DNA of 64,000 nucleotides from Octopus bimaculoides (GCF_001194135.2 NC_068990.1:79820311-79884310); one strand, 5' to 3'. Positions 1 through 13,620 are shown, counted from the stretch's first letter. Numbers and translations are program-made. Notes: generated from the sequence alone by a model not told the origin.

Positions 1-696
1 CAAAGTGCGCAACTAAAGACTTAGGGTACTGATTACGTCAGGTAAAAATCCTGAGCCGTTGGGAAGAAACATAGTCGTCCATATTATGAAACATTGTGCG
101 TAATGTTTCAAGAGGGAAATGCAATACGGATTTTTATAAAATTTGCTCATGCTGCATCCAAGGATTTTTTTTTTATGAAAGAGAGGGACAGCTCGTGACC
201 GTTGGAACCCACTAAGTCCTAAACAGTGTATACGGGTGAGGAAGATTAAGTAAGTTTTTGAAAAAACTGAAATTACAGCAATGTAATAACATCTACAAAT
301 TATGGTACTTTCATTGGATGGTATTTTTCACATCGAAGAACCTCATGCTGTGTTTGAAGACAATTAAGAATGAAGAATTTATAAGGTTGTATCTGGATCA
401 TTTTCATAATCCATAGTAATGTGATACTATGCGAAAAATTTATATAATTTGGAATCGGTTTTTGACCTTTGAGCGTATGATACATTTACACTTTCCAAAA
501 GTCAGTCATTACATGGTTCTAATTGACAGATAAATGAAAGATTCTTTATGGTTACCTTAGGAAATAAATGAAGATTACAACATCTTACTCTTCTCATATT
601 CATATATGTACACACACATATACATATGTCTCCCTCTGTCTACGTACAAAACTCTATGTAACATGTGCTCCTTTTTTAAAAACTTTATTTAGAACT

Positions 697-1230
697 AGGT
701 AACCGAAGCAACCAAGTAACTGATGTAACCAGATAACAGAATAAATAACTGGGGTAACTAGGTAACAGAATTAACTAGATAATAAAAGTAACCAGATAAT
801 TGAAGTAGCTAGACAATTGAGGTTATTAGGTAAGTGAAGTACTTAGATGACAAATAACTACATAAGTGAGGTAACTAATCACTGTGGTAATTAAGGTAAT
901 CAAGATAACCAGGTAACTTAGATAATTGAGGTACCCAAGTAATTGAGGTAACTAGGTAACTGAGATACCCGGGTTACTGAGACAAGAAGTTAACTGAAGT
1001 AGTCAGGTAAGTGAGTCCAGTATATAACTAAGGTGTCTAGGTATCTTGGTAATTGAAGCAAATACATAAGCTGCTAAGATAGCCAGGAAACTGAGGTAAT
1101 CAGGTATCGTAATTACCTTGTTACTAAAGAAACGGAGGTAACTAGATAACTGAAGTAACCTGATGGCTGAGATAACCAGGTAACTAATGTACCCAGGTAA
1201 ATGACGTAACAGAGACGCTCAGGTAATTGA
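697..1230. repeat. Degenerate 8-9 bp minisatellite (consensus approx. (G)AGGTAACT)
   Basis: About 60 diverged units such as aggtaact, gaggtaact, agataact and aagtaact run contiguously. Mixed 8/9-bp unit lengths do not keep a reading frame. Confidence 0.75.
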
Positions 1231-1815
1231 GATTTACTCATGTTAGGCCAGAGGAAAAAAGCTAAAGATTAAATGCAAATTCACAATACTTATCTACTCA
1301 GACACTGACTTACTCTCGTGCCTAAGATAACGGTGATGAAAATAATAACGAAAAAACGAAGAGAGCCGAAAACACAAGAAAAAAAAAGAAGAATATATTA
1401 AATAGCAATAAGAAAAGCAACATTTAGTAAATGAATTTATTTCATATATTTCTTTTTGTTTCACTTTTATCTTCATATATCGTGATTTGACGTAAATAAC
1501 ACTTAATATTCTATGTTTGGCTTATCGCAAGTAATAAATATTGGAGTTGTATGATAATATTAAGCAGACACTTGTAAGTAGTAGCACAGTTTCGTACTAT
1601 GAATTCCAGTCACAGAAGTCAATTAAATTAAGGCTCTGTTACTTACGTGTATCATTGAATTTACCAATCCTTAGTACTGTCTACTTGCGATGCACTGCTT
1701 ACTAGTAGTAGTAAGTTCTATTATGCTTTTGGAGACAAGCAAACATTAATTGAATTCCTTTAACTAATCCATTTGTTCCATAACAACGACGTCACCCTTA
1801 GTAATTCAAGTCATC

Positions 1816-1872
<57 letters not shown>
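1816..1872. repeat. (ACT)n microsatellite
   Basis: Perfect trinucleotide run. Confidence 0.95.
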
Positions 1873-2387
1873 ATTTTTCTGCCTTCTCTCCTCCTCCTCT
1901 TTTTTCGTTTCTTTTTGTACTAAACAACATTGACCTAACAGTTTTTACACCGCTAAAGTCTTTAGTAAAAGGCATGAACATCTCAACATCTCACTCTTAT
2001 CAATATCAATTTTCTCTTTCATGTAACCAAGTTCAATAAACTAATTACCAGGTCTGTACTCAATTTATCGATCTCAGCATCTGCTAAGGTTTGTGAAGCA
2101 AGGTATATGCAGTTCGTCCCACTTTGAAGTTTACACCTTGCTTCGTACAATAAACTGTAAATTTAAAGTGAGCCGCAATGACAACGGAGTCACGGTTCCT
2201 AGTTAAAGCCGCTTCTCTTAAGTTATTAACACAATTAGGAAGATTACGAGCATAGCAACTGAATTCCTACTGACTTCCTATATAAACGGGCAATTTAAGG
2301 ATAATTCAAAAATAATATTCTGTAGGGCACCAGATAAGTCCTATTTTAACTGAAATCAACTTTGCCTTTCAAACTTCCAGGATTTGT

Positions 2388-2590
2388 GGAAGCGTGCGGT
2401 CAGTAGTTAGAGTGTTCAGCTCATGACCCTAAGGTCATGGATTCAATTTCTGGAGCCATTTAGTTTACGTTGCATCAGTTTTCTCAGCTGTAAATGAGCG
2501 CCAATCAGTTCCTGGTGCAGTCCTCTTTCCCCTCAGGCTACTACATCATGGTTAACATGCTGGTGTATCTCAGGAAACGTAGTTGTGGTC
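2388..2590 (+). mobile_element. Degenerate tRNA-derived SINE (head plus part of body)
   Basis: A-box-like gcggtcagtagttagag and B-box-like ggattcaatttc, followed by a cagctgtaaatgag SINE-core-like motif. Confidence 0.5.
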
Positions 2591-2593
2591 TAA

Positions 2594-3073
2594 TATAGAG
2601 AGACAACAGTGTAACGCCGTTAGTAGGAGAGGTTGGGAAGGTGAAAGGGGAGAGTGAAGTATAGTATCAGAATAAAATAGGGGATACTAAGCTATCAAAG
2701 CACTTATGAACAAGACAGGAGAAAATGAGCTAAAGAAAGTAAAAGCTGAAGGGAATTTAAAGGTGGGGGGTGGCGATTTTCTGCATTGTCCCAAAATTGC
2801 TTCGAGGGTTTCCCAACAGTTCATGTAATCTATTAAAATCTAACCCTTTCACACAGCCTCAGTTTTCCATTTTTTCGTTTTTATTTCTCAATTGTCACTT
2901 TCTTTTACTTTCTTTTGTTCATTTTCTCCTGTCTTTTTCATAAGTGCTTTGACTTATATTAACTTCTCTTAACTTAGCTTAGTGTCCCCTGTTTTATTCT
3001 GATACTACACTTCATTTTTCCCTTTCACATTCTCAACCTCTCCTACTAACGGCGTTACCATGTTGTCCCTATA
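2594..3073. mobile_element. MITE-like foldback element with about 150-170 bp imperfect terminal inverted repeats
   Basis: 2594-2745 matches the reverse complement of 2902-3073 (e.g. gtaacgccgttagtaggagagg / cctctcctactaacggcgttac). One arm has a roughly 22-bp indel. Ends lie in TATA and there is no coding capacity. Confidence 0.75.
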
Positions 3074-3355
3074 CTACTTTATTATTGTTATAATAGGACA
3101 TGAATGAGGTGGCTAAGACGGTAACTATGTCTGCTCGTGATCACAAAGGCGCCTAAAGCAATTAGGGAAAATATGCTGCAGGTAACCAAGCCATATTCGC
3201 TTGCGAGTGATGGCTGTTTGTACTTATACTTTATGAGATAAGTATGAATTTAGTTCTGGAGTGCATGCGCAAGTAATAATAATCATTAATCTTTGAATAT
3301 TTCTGACATTTCCCTGTGTCAAAACACTCAACTGTCACTGATCCTAGCCTATAAA

Positions 3356-3647
3356 TACAGGGCGATTCAAAAGTCGCCATACATAGGAGGAATAATTTAT
3401 AAGAACAGTTTCTTTTTTATTTAACAGGCTCTATATGGTTACTATTGTTTTGAATACACATTGAAATACGTTTACCCCACTCATTGTGAACTCATAATAG
3501 CACATCTGGTGATACGTGTGCAAATGAGTTGGTGATGCGTTCCTTCAAATGATTTATGTCTTTTATCTTTCTGCGATACACCATGCCTTTCAAATGTCCC
3601 CAAAGATAGAAATCAAGAGGGGTCAGAGACTTTTTAATCACCTTGTA
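3356..3647 (-). mobile_element. Internally deleted Tc1/mariner-superfamily element (maT/rosa-like C-terminus)
   Basis: TA-flanked TIRs cagggcgattcaaaagtc / gactttttaatcaccttg. The minus strand 3626-3417 reads LTPLDFYLWGHLKGMVYRRKIKDINHLKERITNSFAHVSPDVLL*VHNEWGKRISMCIQNNSNHIE, a transposase C-terminus following the SPDL motif. Confidence 0.85.
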
Positions 3648-3879
3648 GATTCACGTGATTAAATATCTCACTATTTTAAATATGTAATTGTTAGTGCAAT
3701 TATAATTTTTTTATTAAAGATGAACAAATTTCAATATCTACTTTTACTATAAGATTCTATAATCAAGAAGTGACTAATTTCTGTAAGTGGACATAATTCC
3801 GATCTGGATATGAACTAGGAACCTGAATGTCAAAAGTAGGGCAGTGAAATGGCTTACTTTCACTGTCTTACTTTCAAGA

Positions 3880-4150
3880 CACTTTTAAAAAATACCGAGT
3901 CTAGTTGTCATACGACTGTTGTATACTTTGGTTGTTGTATAGTCTTTGTAGACTTATTGTGCGGTCGATAATTTGATGGTTGATTTGGTGATTTATCTTA
4001 TGCTACCTTCAACGATATTATAGCTCATTTCTGTTACGTCAACCAAATTGAACTGAAGTCTGTACTGGCTTTACTGATTAGGTTTTCAGCGTGTTCTATA
4101 CGTACTTTCTCCTTAGTTCTCACATTTCTTTTTGTGTATCTTCATTGCCA
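3880..4150 (-). mobile_element. Possible highly decayed LINE reverse transcriptase fragment
   Basis: A stop-interrupted minus frame contains AIISLKVA*DKSPNQPSNYRP, resembling the K..D...P.NYRPISL motif of LINE RTs. This is a single-motif match. Confidence 0.25.
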
Positions 4151-6138
4151 TCTACTCCAACGAAAGATATACTTCCAGCCATAATCGAATAGGCAGATGC
4201 GTCTATTCGACAGCACACCATCACAGTCCAGTCAGGAGAGAAAAGAAATAATTTCGGTGTTGATCAAAATCTCTATCTGACAATGACAGATCGATATTGC
4301 TTTGGAACGCGTATTTAGAATGAGAAAGAAATCTAAATTAATCTCCCTAATATCGTTATCAAATACAGACAGAGAGGTCTCTTGTACTCTCATAGATACA
4401 TTGCTCCCTTTTGAGAAAAGAAATGCCGACCAAAACAGAAGAATAATCAAATTTCAAGATCGAAACAAATAACCCACGAGATATGATAGTGAATGCTGTA
4501 TCAATATAATTGATTCTCTAGATGTGATAAAAATGAACAAAATCAAAGGAAATAAAGAATAGCCGTCGACTAGGTATCACATTATTGGGCATATCACAGT
4601 CTCCATATGACCATTCTGATACAATTAAAAAAGAACAATAAACTGACACTTGATACAAATGAATCATTAAGAATAGTAATGTAACATAAAACACTAACAT
4701 GGTGTATTAGCAATAACCCAACCATAATGCATATTTCTCGATGCTTCTACCTTTTCGTTGAAACATTCTCGCTGGTAAGATTAAACCTTTTAATTTGGAT
4801 GGATGAACATTGGAAGGTTGCTGTAGTGTAGTTGGTAACACGTTTACTTGGATTGCAAATGATGCATTGTTCAATTCTGTCTGGCCTATTTTCTGCCGGA
4901 AATGTTTTAACCTAGTGTAATATAAGCTCCAACTTTTAGTTGAATTCGTTTCGAGATACATCGTTGATAAAAAATTATTAAATAAAACAAACTTTCACAC
5001 AAATGAGGATTACATAAACTAGAGATGAAGCCACCTCATAGTGTTTTGGTCTGTTAGACCTAGCAGTTCGCTCGCTATCAAATATTATTATTGACATTGA
5101 ATATAGCTAGATTGTTTTGATTATGGTTTTGTTCGATCAAGGTCAAATTGGTGCTGGACAACGATGACAATGACAACAACAAAAGAACCGAATAGTCTCT
5201 AAGTGGTTACACAGTCTGTTGGAAATAGCATCCAAATTTCCGTTAAATTATACTCTACTGTCTTTGAAAAGTAAGCACAACATTGGATGATTTAGTACGG
5301 TGCACGATAGGTTAAAAAAAAACAAGCAGGATGATTACGGGTCGAACACTTTTGAACGTAAGTCTGCTAAATCAGTGCCACCGGTGGTGGGGGTGGGAGT
5401 GTGTGGATGTTAAAGAACGTAAAATTATAGCTGCTGTTATGATGAGAATGTCGAATACGAAATACTACAAGTATAATAACATTTGTTCCCTCTAAAATTA
5501 TAGGACTGAAAAAATTCTTTAGAGAGAGAAAATACACAGTGAAGAATTACACGCTCTTCTCAATGATGTTATAGATGAAAAAAGAATAAAATACACACAA
5601 AAGCTCCTTATTACAGTTATCAATAATAGTTTACTGTTGTTGTTTAGCCCCAGGTCGGCTCTAATTGAGAAAAAAAACTATGATCAACATCTCTCCATTT
5701 ATGACCCTTTAGAACTATGTTCTTCAATTGTCTGATTTTTTAAAGATGGAAAGGTGAGGCTTAAGGAAGATTTAGTTACTATTTCTAGTAGATTGATCGG
5801 CCTCACTGGATCGATATCAACGTTCAATATGACATTGTGGCGTTTATAAGAGGCATCGCAGTTGTTGTTAACTGTCACAAGATTTCAACTTCTCACTACT
5901 ATTGACTTGATTATCATCAACGGATTGCACGTTGCCACAAACGTATGGCGTCTTAAGCATTGTCTGGGCATCGATTAGATAAATAAATAAACAAATAAAT
6001 AAAGAAAGAAATGAAAAAAGAGAGAAAGCAACGAGTGATTAGGCCCTTATTATTGTTGTTATCGTATTTTCAACTGTTTGATAATTCATTTGAATATTTT
6101 AATAATTCATTAAAAAAACAACAACAATAACAACATCA

Positions 6139-6234
<96 letters not shown>
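6139..6234. repeat. Compound (ACT)n-(ACG)n microsatellite
   Basis: Direct sequence. Confidence 0.95.
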
Positions 6235-6235
<1 letters not shown>

Positions 6236-9027
6236 AATCAATATAGTGTGCAACAGTTAATTTTCATGTTGTAATTATTTCAAAATATTTTTTTGAAGTT
6301 ATTCGTTATTTCTTTATTTTGTTTTTTTTCTTCTTGTTTTATTTTCATTTTATTTTCTGGTATTTCATTCTGAATTAATCACTCAGTTATGATGTGCAAG
6401 AATGAAAAACAAAAAGAAAAGACAGAGAAAAACTGTATCAAAACAAACCTCGCCACAAAATAAAATATAAAATAACTCGAAATACCAATCTCTGAATACC
6501 CTGCTTGATTTTGAGTTTAAGGCAGACAGTATATCTCCATAAATCAATATTAATTGACTGGAAACAAAATAACACCTAGAGAAAATGACCTGGCCTGTTA
6601 AAATAATCTTTTAAGGTCAAACTATCAATGGCTAGCTTCAAAGTGTATTTTCTTATCAGTTCATAGAAATTGGACAATATTTTACAACCACCGAGCCAGA
6701 ATGTAATGGTGTCTTCTTGAGAGGAATAGTGGCTGGTCGTGATGTTTCCTTCCGGATAGGCATTATGACTTCTGTTATTGTTGTTGTGTCACCAAAATAG
6801 TTTCAGCTGTGAGCATCATGTCTTTTTGTCTGAGACGTAGGTTTAAATTATTCAATGTATATTTCCGTTTTCTAAGGCAGTAAAGTGTTGCTTGCGAGAG
6901 ATTTGATTTCTCTCTTTAGCAAGTCGAACAATCATGTAGGTGTTCCCTCGTGGTCTCGTCTGTAAATGTTACGTGTGTTAAATTAACATTCTACTGAAGA
7001 GAGCTTTGTATCTCATCCTCTTACTGTTACGGAATATTGAGATAAAGGGATGCCATCTGATCCCTTAAATTTTGAGAAATAAACTAAAGTTATTTATTTG
7101 GAAATCAAGATTTTACTAAGTACTCTATTTTGTTTTACACAGAAACATGATACATGTATTTTATTCACACTAACATATTTATACACACCTGGTTATGACT
7201 TTTGGAAGATTTAAGCCAAAGTATAGCCACTTACACGCATCTTCATGGGTATCTGCAATATCCAGGATTTATTTACAGGTCCAGCTTACGTGTCTTTATA
7301 GAACCTGTGATACAGGTATGGTTTGATAATGCGGTTGAAAATAAGAATTAACGTTTTGAAAGTAAGTTTGTATATGAATATGAATCGCTCATAAATCCGT
7401 TCTTTTTAAAAATACATTTCTTGCTTCTATCTAATCTCAGTGCAACCATGATCGAGTAGATCTATGATCAAATTATTCCAGTTCTTACCAATCTGTTATT
7501 TTACGGGTATGTATGATTATCATACCTAATGTGCCCATTCCTATATATAAGATGATAGTGTGTTATTTAGGGAAGATTTGACTGTCATTTCTTAGATGTT
7601 GAGCAATTACATAGAGGTTCACTTGTGTAGCCCTTTCAATGCTATAGAAGAAATGTAAAACGTAAAATTTTAATATCCATCACTACTCTTTATACAGTAT
7701 TTTTCCAAAACGTTTAGAGTAAGCGTACCGTTTTCCTTGAATGATACATGAACAAGTTACAGTTCTTCAAATGTATGATCCGATCATAAATGAATTTTCA
7801 CTGAGAGCTAAAGCTGCTTAGTAATGTAATATATTTTGTTTAATAATCTCGAAAATTTATATATTTCAAATGTCGTGTTGGCTTTTAAAAATCATTTAGA
7901 TCTAATAATTACCTATTTTTATTTCTTCGCTCACCTTGTTGAAAAGTAGGCAGGATTTGAACGTGGTAATGTTAACTTTTTTTACTCACCATTTATAACG
8001 TAAATAAACTGAATAAATTTTCTCCATAAACGTGTATTATTCACACACACACACACACACATACATATACACGCACACATACACATACACACACACACAC
8101 ATTTTCTAACGCACACTAGAATGTATGAAGTAATTGATTCTATATAAGAAAGTATTTCTAGCCGTGAACTAAAACAATTTTGTAGTCACAACAGACCACA
8201 CGCAAGTTTAACATCTGAAGAATCACAATTTCAACATAATTGGATCTCATTACCTTTGTTATAGAACAACAAACTTTCTCTCTTTCAGACTAATTATCTC
8301 TAGGATAGATTGAATATTCAGAATAACTTTTCTGGTAGTAATTAGTGTACGAGGAAAATTAAATTACATGCCATAGAACATACAAATGAATTAATTCTAT
8401 ATAAGAAAGTATTTCTAGCCTTGCTCTCAGTAGTATAACTGAGAGAGCTTGAGTGGTTTTACTGCACTAAAGCTAATGAGATTCAACTGGGTCGAAATTG
8501 CGATTGTTTGATTACGAGTCTCGCATATTTTACCATATTTTAACAGCTGAGTTACAACTAGGAAAACATATTATCGTTAATACATTTAATTAATTCATAT
8601 GTTCTATAGCGTTAAATGTGTGTCTGATATAAGTTATTATTCATACGGTTATCATATTTCGGATCATTATCTCTATCGTAAGTGACGAAAAAAAATTTAA
8701 TATTTTGCATATGTGCTACGTTTCGATCTGTTTGAATCACTGACCGTCATGGAATATCTTATCCATGGATTTCTACATAGTACCAAACTGGATTTGAATT
8801 CGAATTTTTAAACTTAATAATGGTAGCTCTCATATCTAGCTGGAAAATGACGCATGTAGGGTAAGATAACAGTGTTGCTATTCCTAGGTTGTAATAGAAA
8901 AACTCTTAGTTCTTATCAAGTCCAGCACTATGTATACAGTCAAGAATAAGACGTCTCATGACTTTCGAAAATAAAACTGATTGACTCGTTGTGTATATAT
9001 AATCAATAGAATATTTTTCATCTTTAG

Positions 9028-9189
9028 ATATGAGGTTAATTGGTTAAAATTCACTCCATATGCTCTGAGTACATTATCAATTTTTCTTAATGCCTATTGC
9101 AAACCTACTTATTCTACAAATGGAATGTCTGTAGGAACTTGTATGGATGCAACGACATGGAAATCGCGATTCTCGGATTGTTATAGTTG
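9028..9189 (+). CDS. Candidate internal coding exon of an unidentified gene
   Basis: Acceptor atatttttcatctttag and donor TG/gtaaca bound 162 bp in phase 2-2. The frame is open and non-repetitive: YEVNWLKFTPYALSTLSIFLNAYCKPTYSTNGMSVGTCMDATTWKSRFSDCYS. No homolog recognised. Confidence 0.3.
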
Positions 9190-10138
9190 GTAACAGCTGA
9201 TTATTTGTGTGTTATGCCAGTAAGTTTTCAAGATATATAATCAACAACATTCTTAACTCCATGCTTCGAGCCTTGTGGTAATTTATTAATCTATTATTAT
9301 CCCACGTGCGTTGACGGACACCGTAGGGAAAAAAAAGTAAAGTTTCAGATTAGTCGAGATTACAAAGTGCTTTTTCATTTCCCGATTAATAAAATTTCAC
9401 TTTTCTTTCGCTGTTAATGCGCTTCCGAATGTGATAAATGTCATATCCCCTAATCCTGTTTCATTCTAAAGTAAAACGGTCCTTCCACTTTGTCGAAATG
9501 GAAGCTAATTCCTTCAACATTTAAAGAACCTATCATGTTGTCATGCATTTACCTAAGTTGTTATTATTTTATCATAGATCAGCAACAGGAGCAACGCGTG
9601 GGTAATCTCTGTTTAGAAATGTATATTGTCCATAATGCCCTTTCTTTTTTCGAGACGGTAGGGTGTTACCTGATGTATGCCTGAACTTTCTTTTGAATCA
9701 CAATAGATCAAATTTTGGAATGTTTATTCTTATACCAAGCTTAAGCATGATCACCGATTATTAACCAGATCAGGTATCAAAATAGATAACTGGAACACCT
9801 ACCGATTTTACTTACTCGCAAATACGCACTCTCCATACATTGAAATGCAAATACAGTCATATTTAATAATGCACTCATCTATACAGTCATACAATGAACA
9901 TGAGTTGACTGATTGTTGTTTTAATTAATTTTTTGACGTACGCATGCGTGGAAAATGTTGCCATCTCGCTAAATGTTACTGAGACAATAAATCATATACA
10001 CCTGATTCCATTCCCTCTGTGTGTCACTTTACACAACAAGGTTTCAACTTCATTTTCGTCGATGTATCTATGTAAAAAGACCTAAACTGTGTCAGTGTAA
10101 TAGCAAGCTATAGAGAACTCTCTTTCTCTCTCTTTACC

Positions 10139-10206
<68 letters not shown>

Positions 10207-12770
10207 CATTACAGAAGTGGGTTACTGCGAGAGCAAGCCCATAAACGATACCCCATGCATCGATAGAGAACGATATTTTATTTATCACCTGTTATAATCT
10301 GATATATTTTCATTAATTAAATCTGAAGGAAGCAGCGTTACTAAGGAAACTGTAAACGCATTAGTTGAGTTGATCATAGCCGCAGGATTGAAATACGCAC
10401 GTACACACACACGCGCACACGCATGCACTCACGCATGCACGCACACACACGCACGCACATACACACACAAGCACGCACTCATGCACACACACACTCACAA
10501 ATATATATATTAGTGATTAAGTTACTATGACGTTTAATGCATTGGAGCAATTTAAGTATTACCGTATATATGTTCCAACAAGAGCGAGCTGGCAGAGGGT
10601 TGGACAAAAAGTCTTGCGATGTTTATTGATGTCACTTTATGAGCTGAGTTCAGATTGTACCAGGAGTATCTTTGCCTTCCATCCTTCTGAGATCGATAAA
10701 ATAAATATGAATCAAGTGCTGTGGTAGATATAATTGATTGATCCCTCATTTCAAATGTTTGATAATGTACATATGCTAGAAAGTGATACTTGTGAAAGCC
10801 ACTGCAGAGATATTGAAGTCGCATCCCATTCCACGATTCCTGGTTGACACCAATTTGCTTCATTTATGTCACGAAAGCCCTTAAGAATGACATATAATAT
10901 GTACGGTTTCCCTTCCATCCCACATTTTTTATTGTTCAATGTTTTATGCGATTTCTAAGGCACATTTACAATTTAGGAGTAAAAGTGGTAAGTAAACGAC
11001 AAAGACATCTCAGTTATATTACTGTAACGTGTTTTATAGACCGACAAATGTAGTGAGCCTGGATTTCAAATTTTTCATTTGAATAACCTTTTATGAATCA
11101 ACGTATTTATCAATGATTAATTATTCCTGGCTGCGTCAAAGAAATAAAAATATGTGAATGCGTTTGGACTTGTCAAAATCAGGAATCGAAATAAGCTAGA
11201 TTCCGCTTCAGGCTTCATCGTTGGTTTTTACCCTGAATTATATGAACCAGTGTTTACTTGATTATTCCCAGTACATTTCATACACAGACGTATAAAATCG
11301 AACTAAGTGTCTGTTGTGTCAAAATTTTCCATCATTTCGTAATAGGAAAGGTTGAGTGTTCTATTCAGAATCGATTACAGACAGTATTTTGAGTACGCCT
11401 AGAATGTATTTTAACAATTTCTTATTGGATCGATAGAATTACTTCTCACAAAACTATTCATATATATTATTTTCTATCTAAATTGCTGCAAACATCTTAT
11501 TAAGTTAGTTTGTCCTGAGTGGTACACTACTGTACACTTAACACTTTGCAATCGGCGTCATTGCGTTTCTTTCCTAGTGAGACAAGAAATCATTTACATC
11601 ACTTCACTTTCTTCTTCATAGGAATGACAGCTAATCAAATTTTTACAATTATGATGTTTGTTGGTGCTTTCACTGATAAAGCCTGTATTTTCTATTATTG
11701 CCAAGTCCATGACAGAATAAATTAGAACAGAAATACACATTTGGTTCCTGTGAGCATAATTTAGATTGCAGGTGTTTTTACAGGTGCATGAATTTCGATC
11801 AGTTTCATTTGCATTATTAGAATTGAGAAACCATATGAGATTAGCACAACAGATTTTAAAAATAACGAAACAATTCATTCTAATAATCTTAAAACTTCAT
11901 AACACTATACGTTAGAGATGAAATATAAATTCAGGTATGGACTGAAAATATGTCATATGTCACTGTGAGATTTTGATTTTCCGTTATAGACTGTGGAGAC
12001 TACAAGTAAAATAGAATCAAGGAAAAATAGCACTTGCTGAAAAATTAATGACTAGATCTGTATCTGAATTCATTTTAAAGTGGCTGTCACCCAAAGAAAA
12101 TGGTAAAGTGCTAGCATACTCGATGTGTGAATCCAAGAAATTTTAATGAATTAAAACTATAATATTAGTAAAAACAATGAATACTTAAATTACTATTTTT
12201 AAGCAAAAAAGCAGGGGAATTTTACGTGTCTGAAGGGCTATCGGCTTGAATCACTAAACTCCATTCTGCCTCCTTCCATCCCTCCTCTCTCCTCTTTGCC
12301 TGTCTTTCCCTTTCTCGCCCGTCACTTGCAACCTTGCTTGATCTGGTAGAAGAATTGATTTCTTTCTTATTCTTGATAATTTCGAGAAGAAACTTCATTA
12401 ATGATGCTATACTGTAGATCATAGACGTTGGCATAACTATGACTGCAGTTATTGAAGACTCGGTGTTATGGATCTTCTTCTAATGTTCTCTCTTTTTCAC
12501 CTTGTTGTTTTGTCCGTATAAACTCTGTAACTTTTATAATTTCTTTATATTTTTCCGTCGATGTTCGTGGTCAGTCGCTCTTTTCTCCCATGTAAACTTA
12601 ATCCAGCTAAACGCTTCATTGAGACAGTGTTTCGCATGTCTTATTCAGAGGCTTTTACATTTCAGTTCACTGCAGAACACAGCCATAAGAATCTCATTAC
12701 CCTCAATGTTCCACTCAGCGCAAATAGAATTCCATCAAGATAGACTTAACGGTTATCTATGCTCGCTGTA

Positions 12771-12860
12771 GGACCTTTCAGTTGCCACGTGGTTTCAGTA
12801 GGACCTTTCAGTTGCCATGTGGTTTCAGTAGGATCTTTCAGTTGCCATGTGGTTTCACCA
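12771..12860. repeat. 30-bp tandem repeat, 3 copies
   Basis: ggacctttcagttgccacgtggtttcagta / ggacctttcagttgccatgtggtttcagta / ggatctttcagttgccatgtggtttcacca, with no spacers. Confidence 0.95.
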
Positions 12861-13620
12861 AGAAGTGCATGTTATAGATCGTAGTCGGTCCAGATTTATC
12901 GACCATACCATACGTAGGTCTTGTCAGAATACAATAGACAGAACACTGTTCAGTATATTTGAATTTTGTTCTAACTTTATGTCACATTTCCCGAAAGCGA
13001 CTGCACTACGATGAACCAGTTTACATAGTTTTCATCAAACCAGCATACTTGTATTAGCGGAAGCCAACTGAGGTAGCAGTTGCTTTGTAGATTGTCTCAT
13101 AAAACTGCATCCAACAAACATCGATTGGTAGAGACTGTCCGGTAACATTTTTAATCTGCTAATCTACTGGTAATTTGTACTTCAGGATCTATTTCTTTGC
13201 TAAAATTCAGTTTTTTTTGGCACAATTCTTCCAAAATTTTCCCTTCAGTCTCACAGACAAATTGCATATGGCATATATTATTACATGAGCAGTGAGACAG
13301 CTATGTTTGACTGATTAAGTGGCTCGTGCAGAACTTATACCTGCAAAGTTGTTCCTGCGGGAAAACACGTTGCCCGAAACATGTATCGCTTTGATCACAA
13401 ATGATGCCAGCTGAAAAACTGCTTTTCAGGAAGACGGAAGAACTTTTTGACTTTGTGTCAAAATTTGAAACCATTATCGGCTTTGTGTCTATAGTAAAAA
13501 GGCTGATTTGAAGGTGAGTTTTATCTGTCTTGTAAGTCATATATACAGGTTTGTACTGATCAAATACTGCTAAATTTTCGGTTACTGCATTCTGATGAAT
13601 ACTGTCGCAGTTGGTCAAGG
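12860..13620 (-). pseudogene. Possible decayed hAT-type transposase C-terminal region
   Basis: Frameshifted minus frames give LPIDVCWMQF, KYAGLMK/LCKLVHRSA, KVRTKFK and ILNSVLSI in the order expected for a hAT dimerisation domain. The 105-aa ORF 13301-13618 lies upstream on the same strand. Confidence 0.3.

Noticed and set aside
10527-10727. 66-aa ORF
   Set aside because: It overlaps a degenerate SINE copy (agagcgagctggcagag head).
11594-11878. 94-aa Cys-containing ORF with faint Kazal-like spacing
   Set aside because: It lacks the PVCG motif and the full cysteine pattern. An ORF of this length is plausible by chance.
12771-12860. 30-bp repeats as a CRISPR array
   Set aside because: The units are contiguous with no spacers, the context is eukaryotic, and there are no cas genes.
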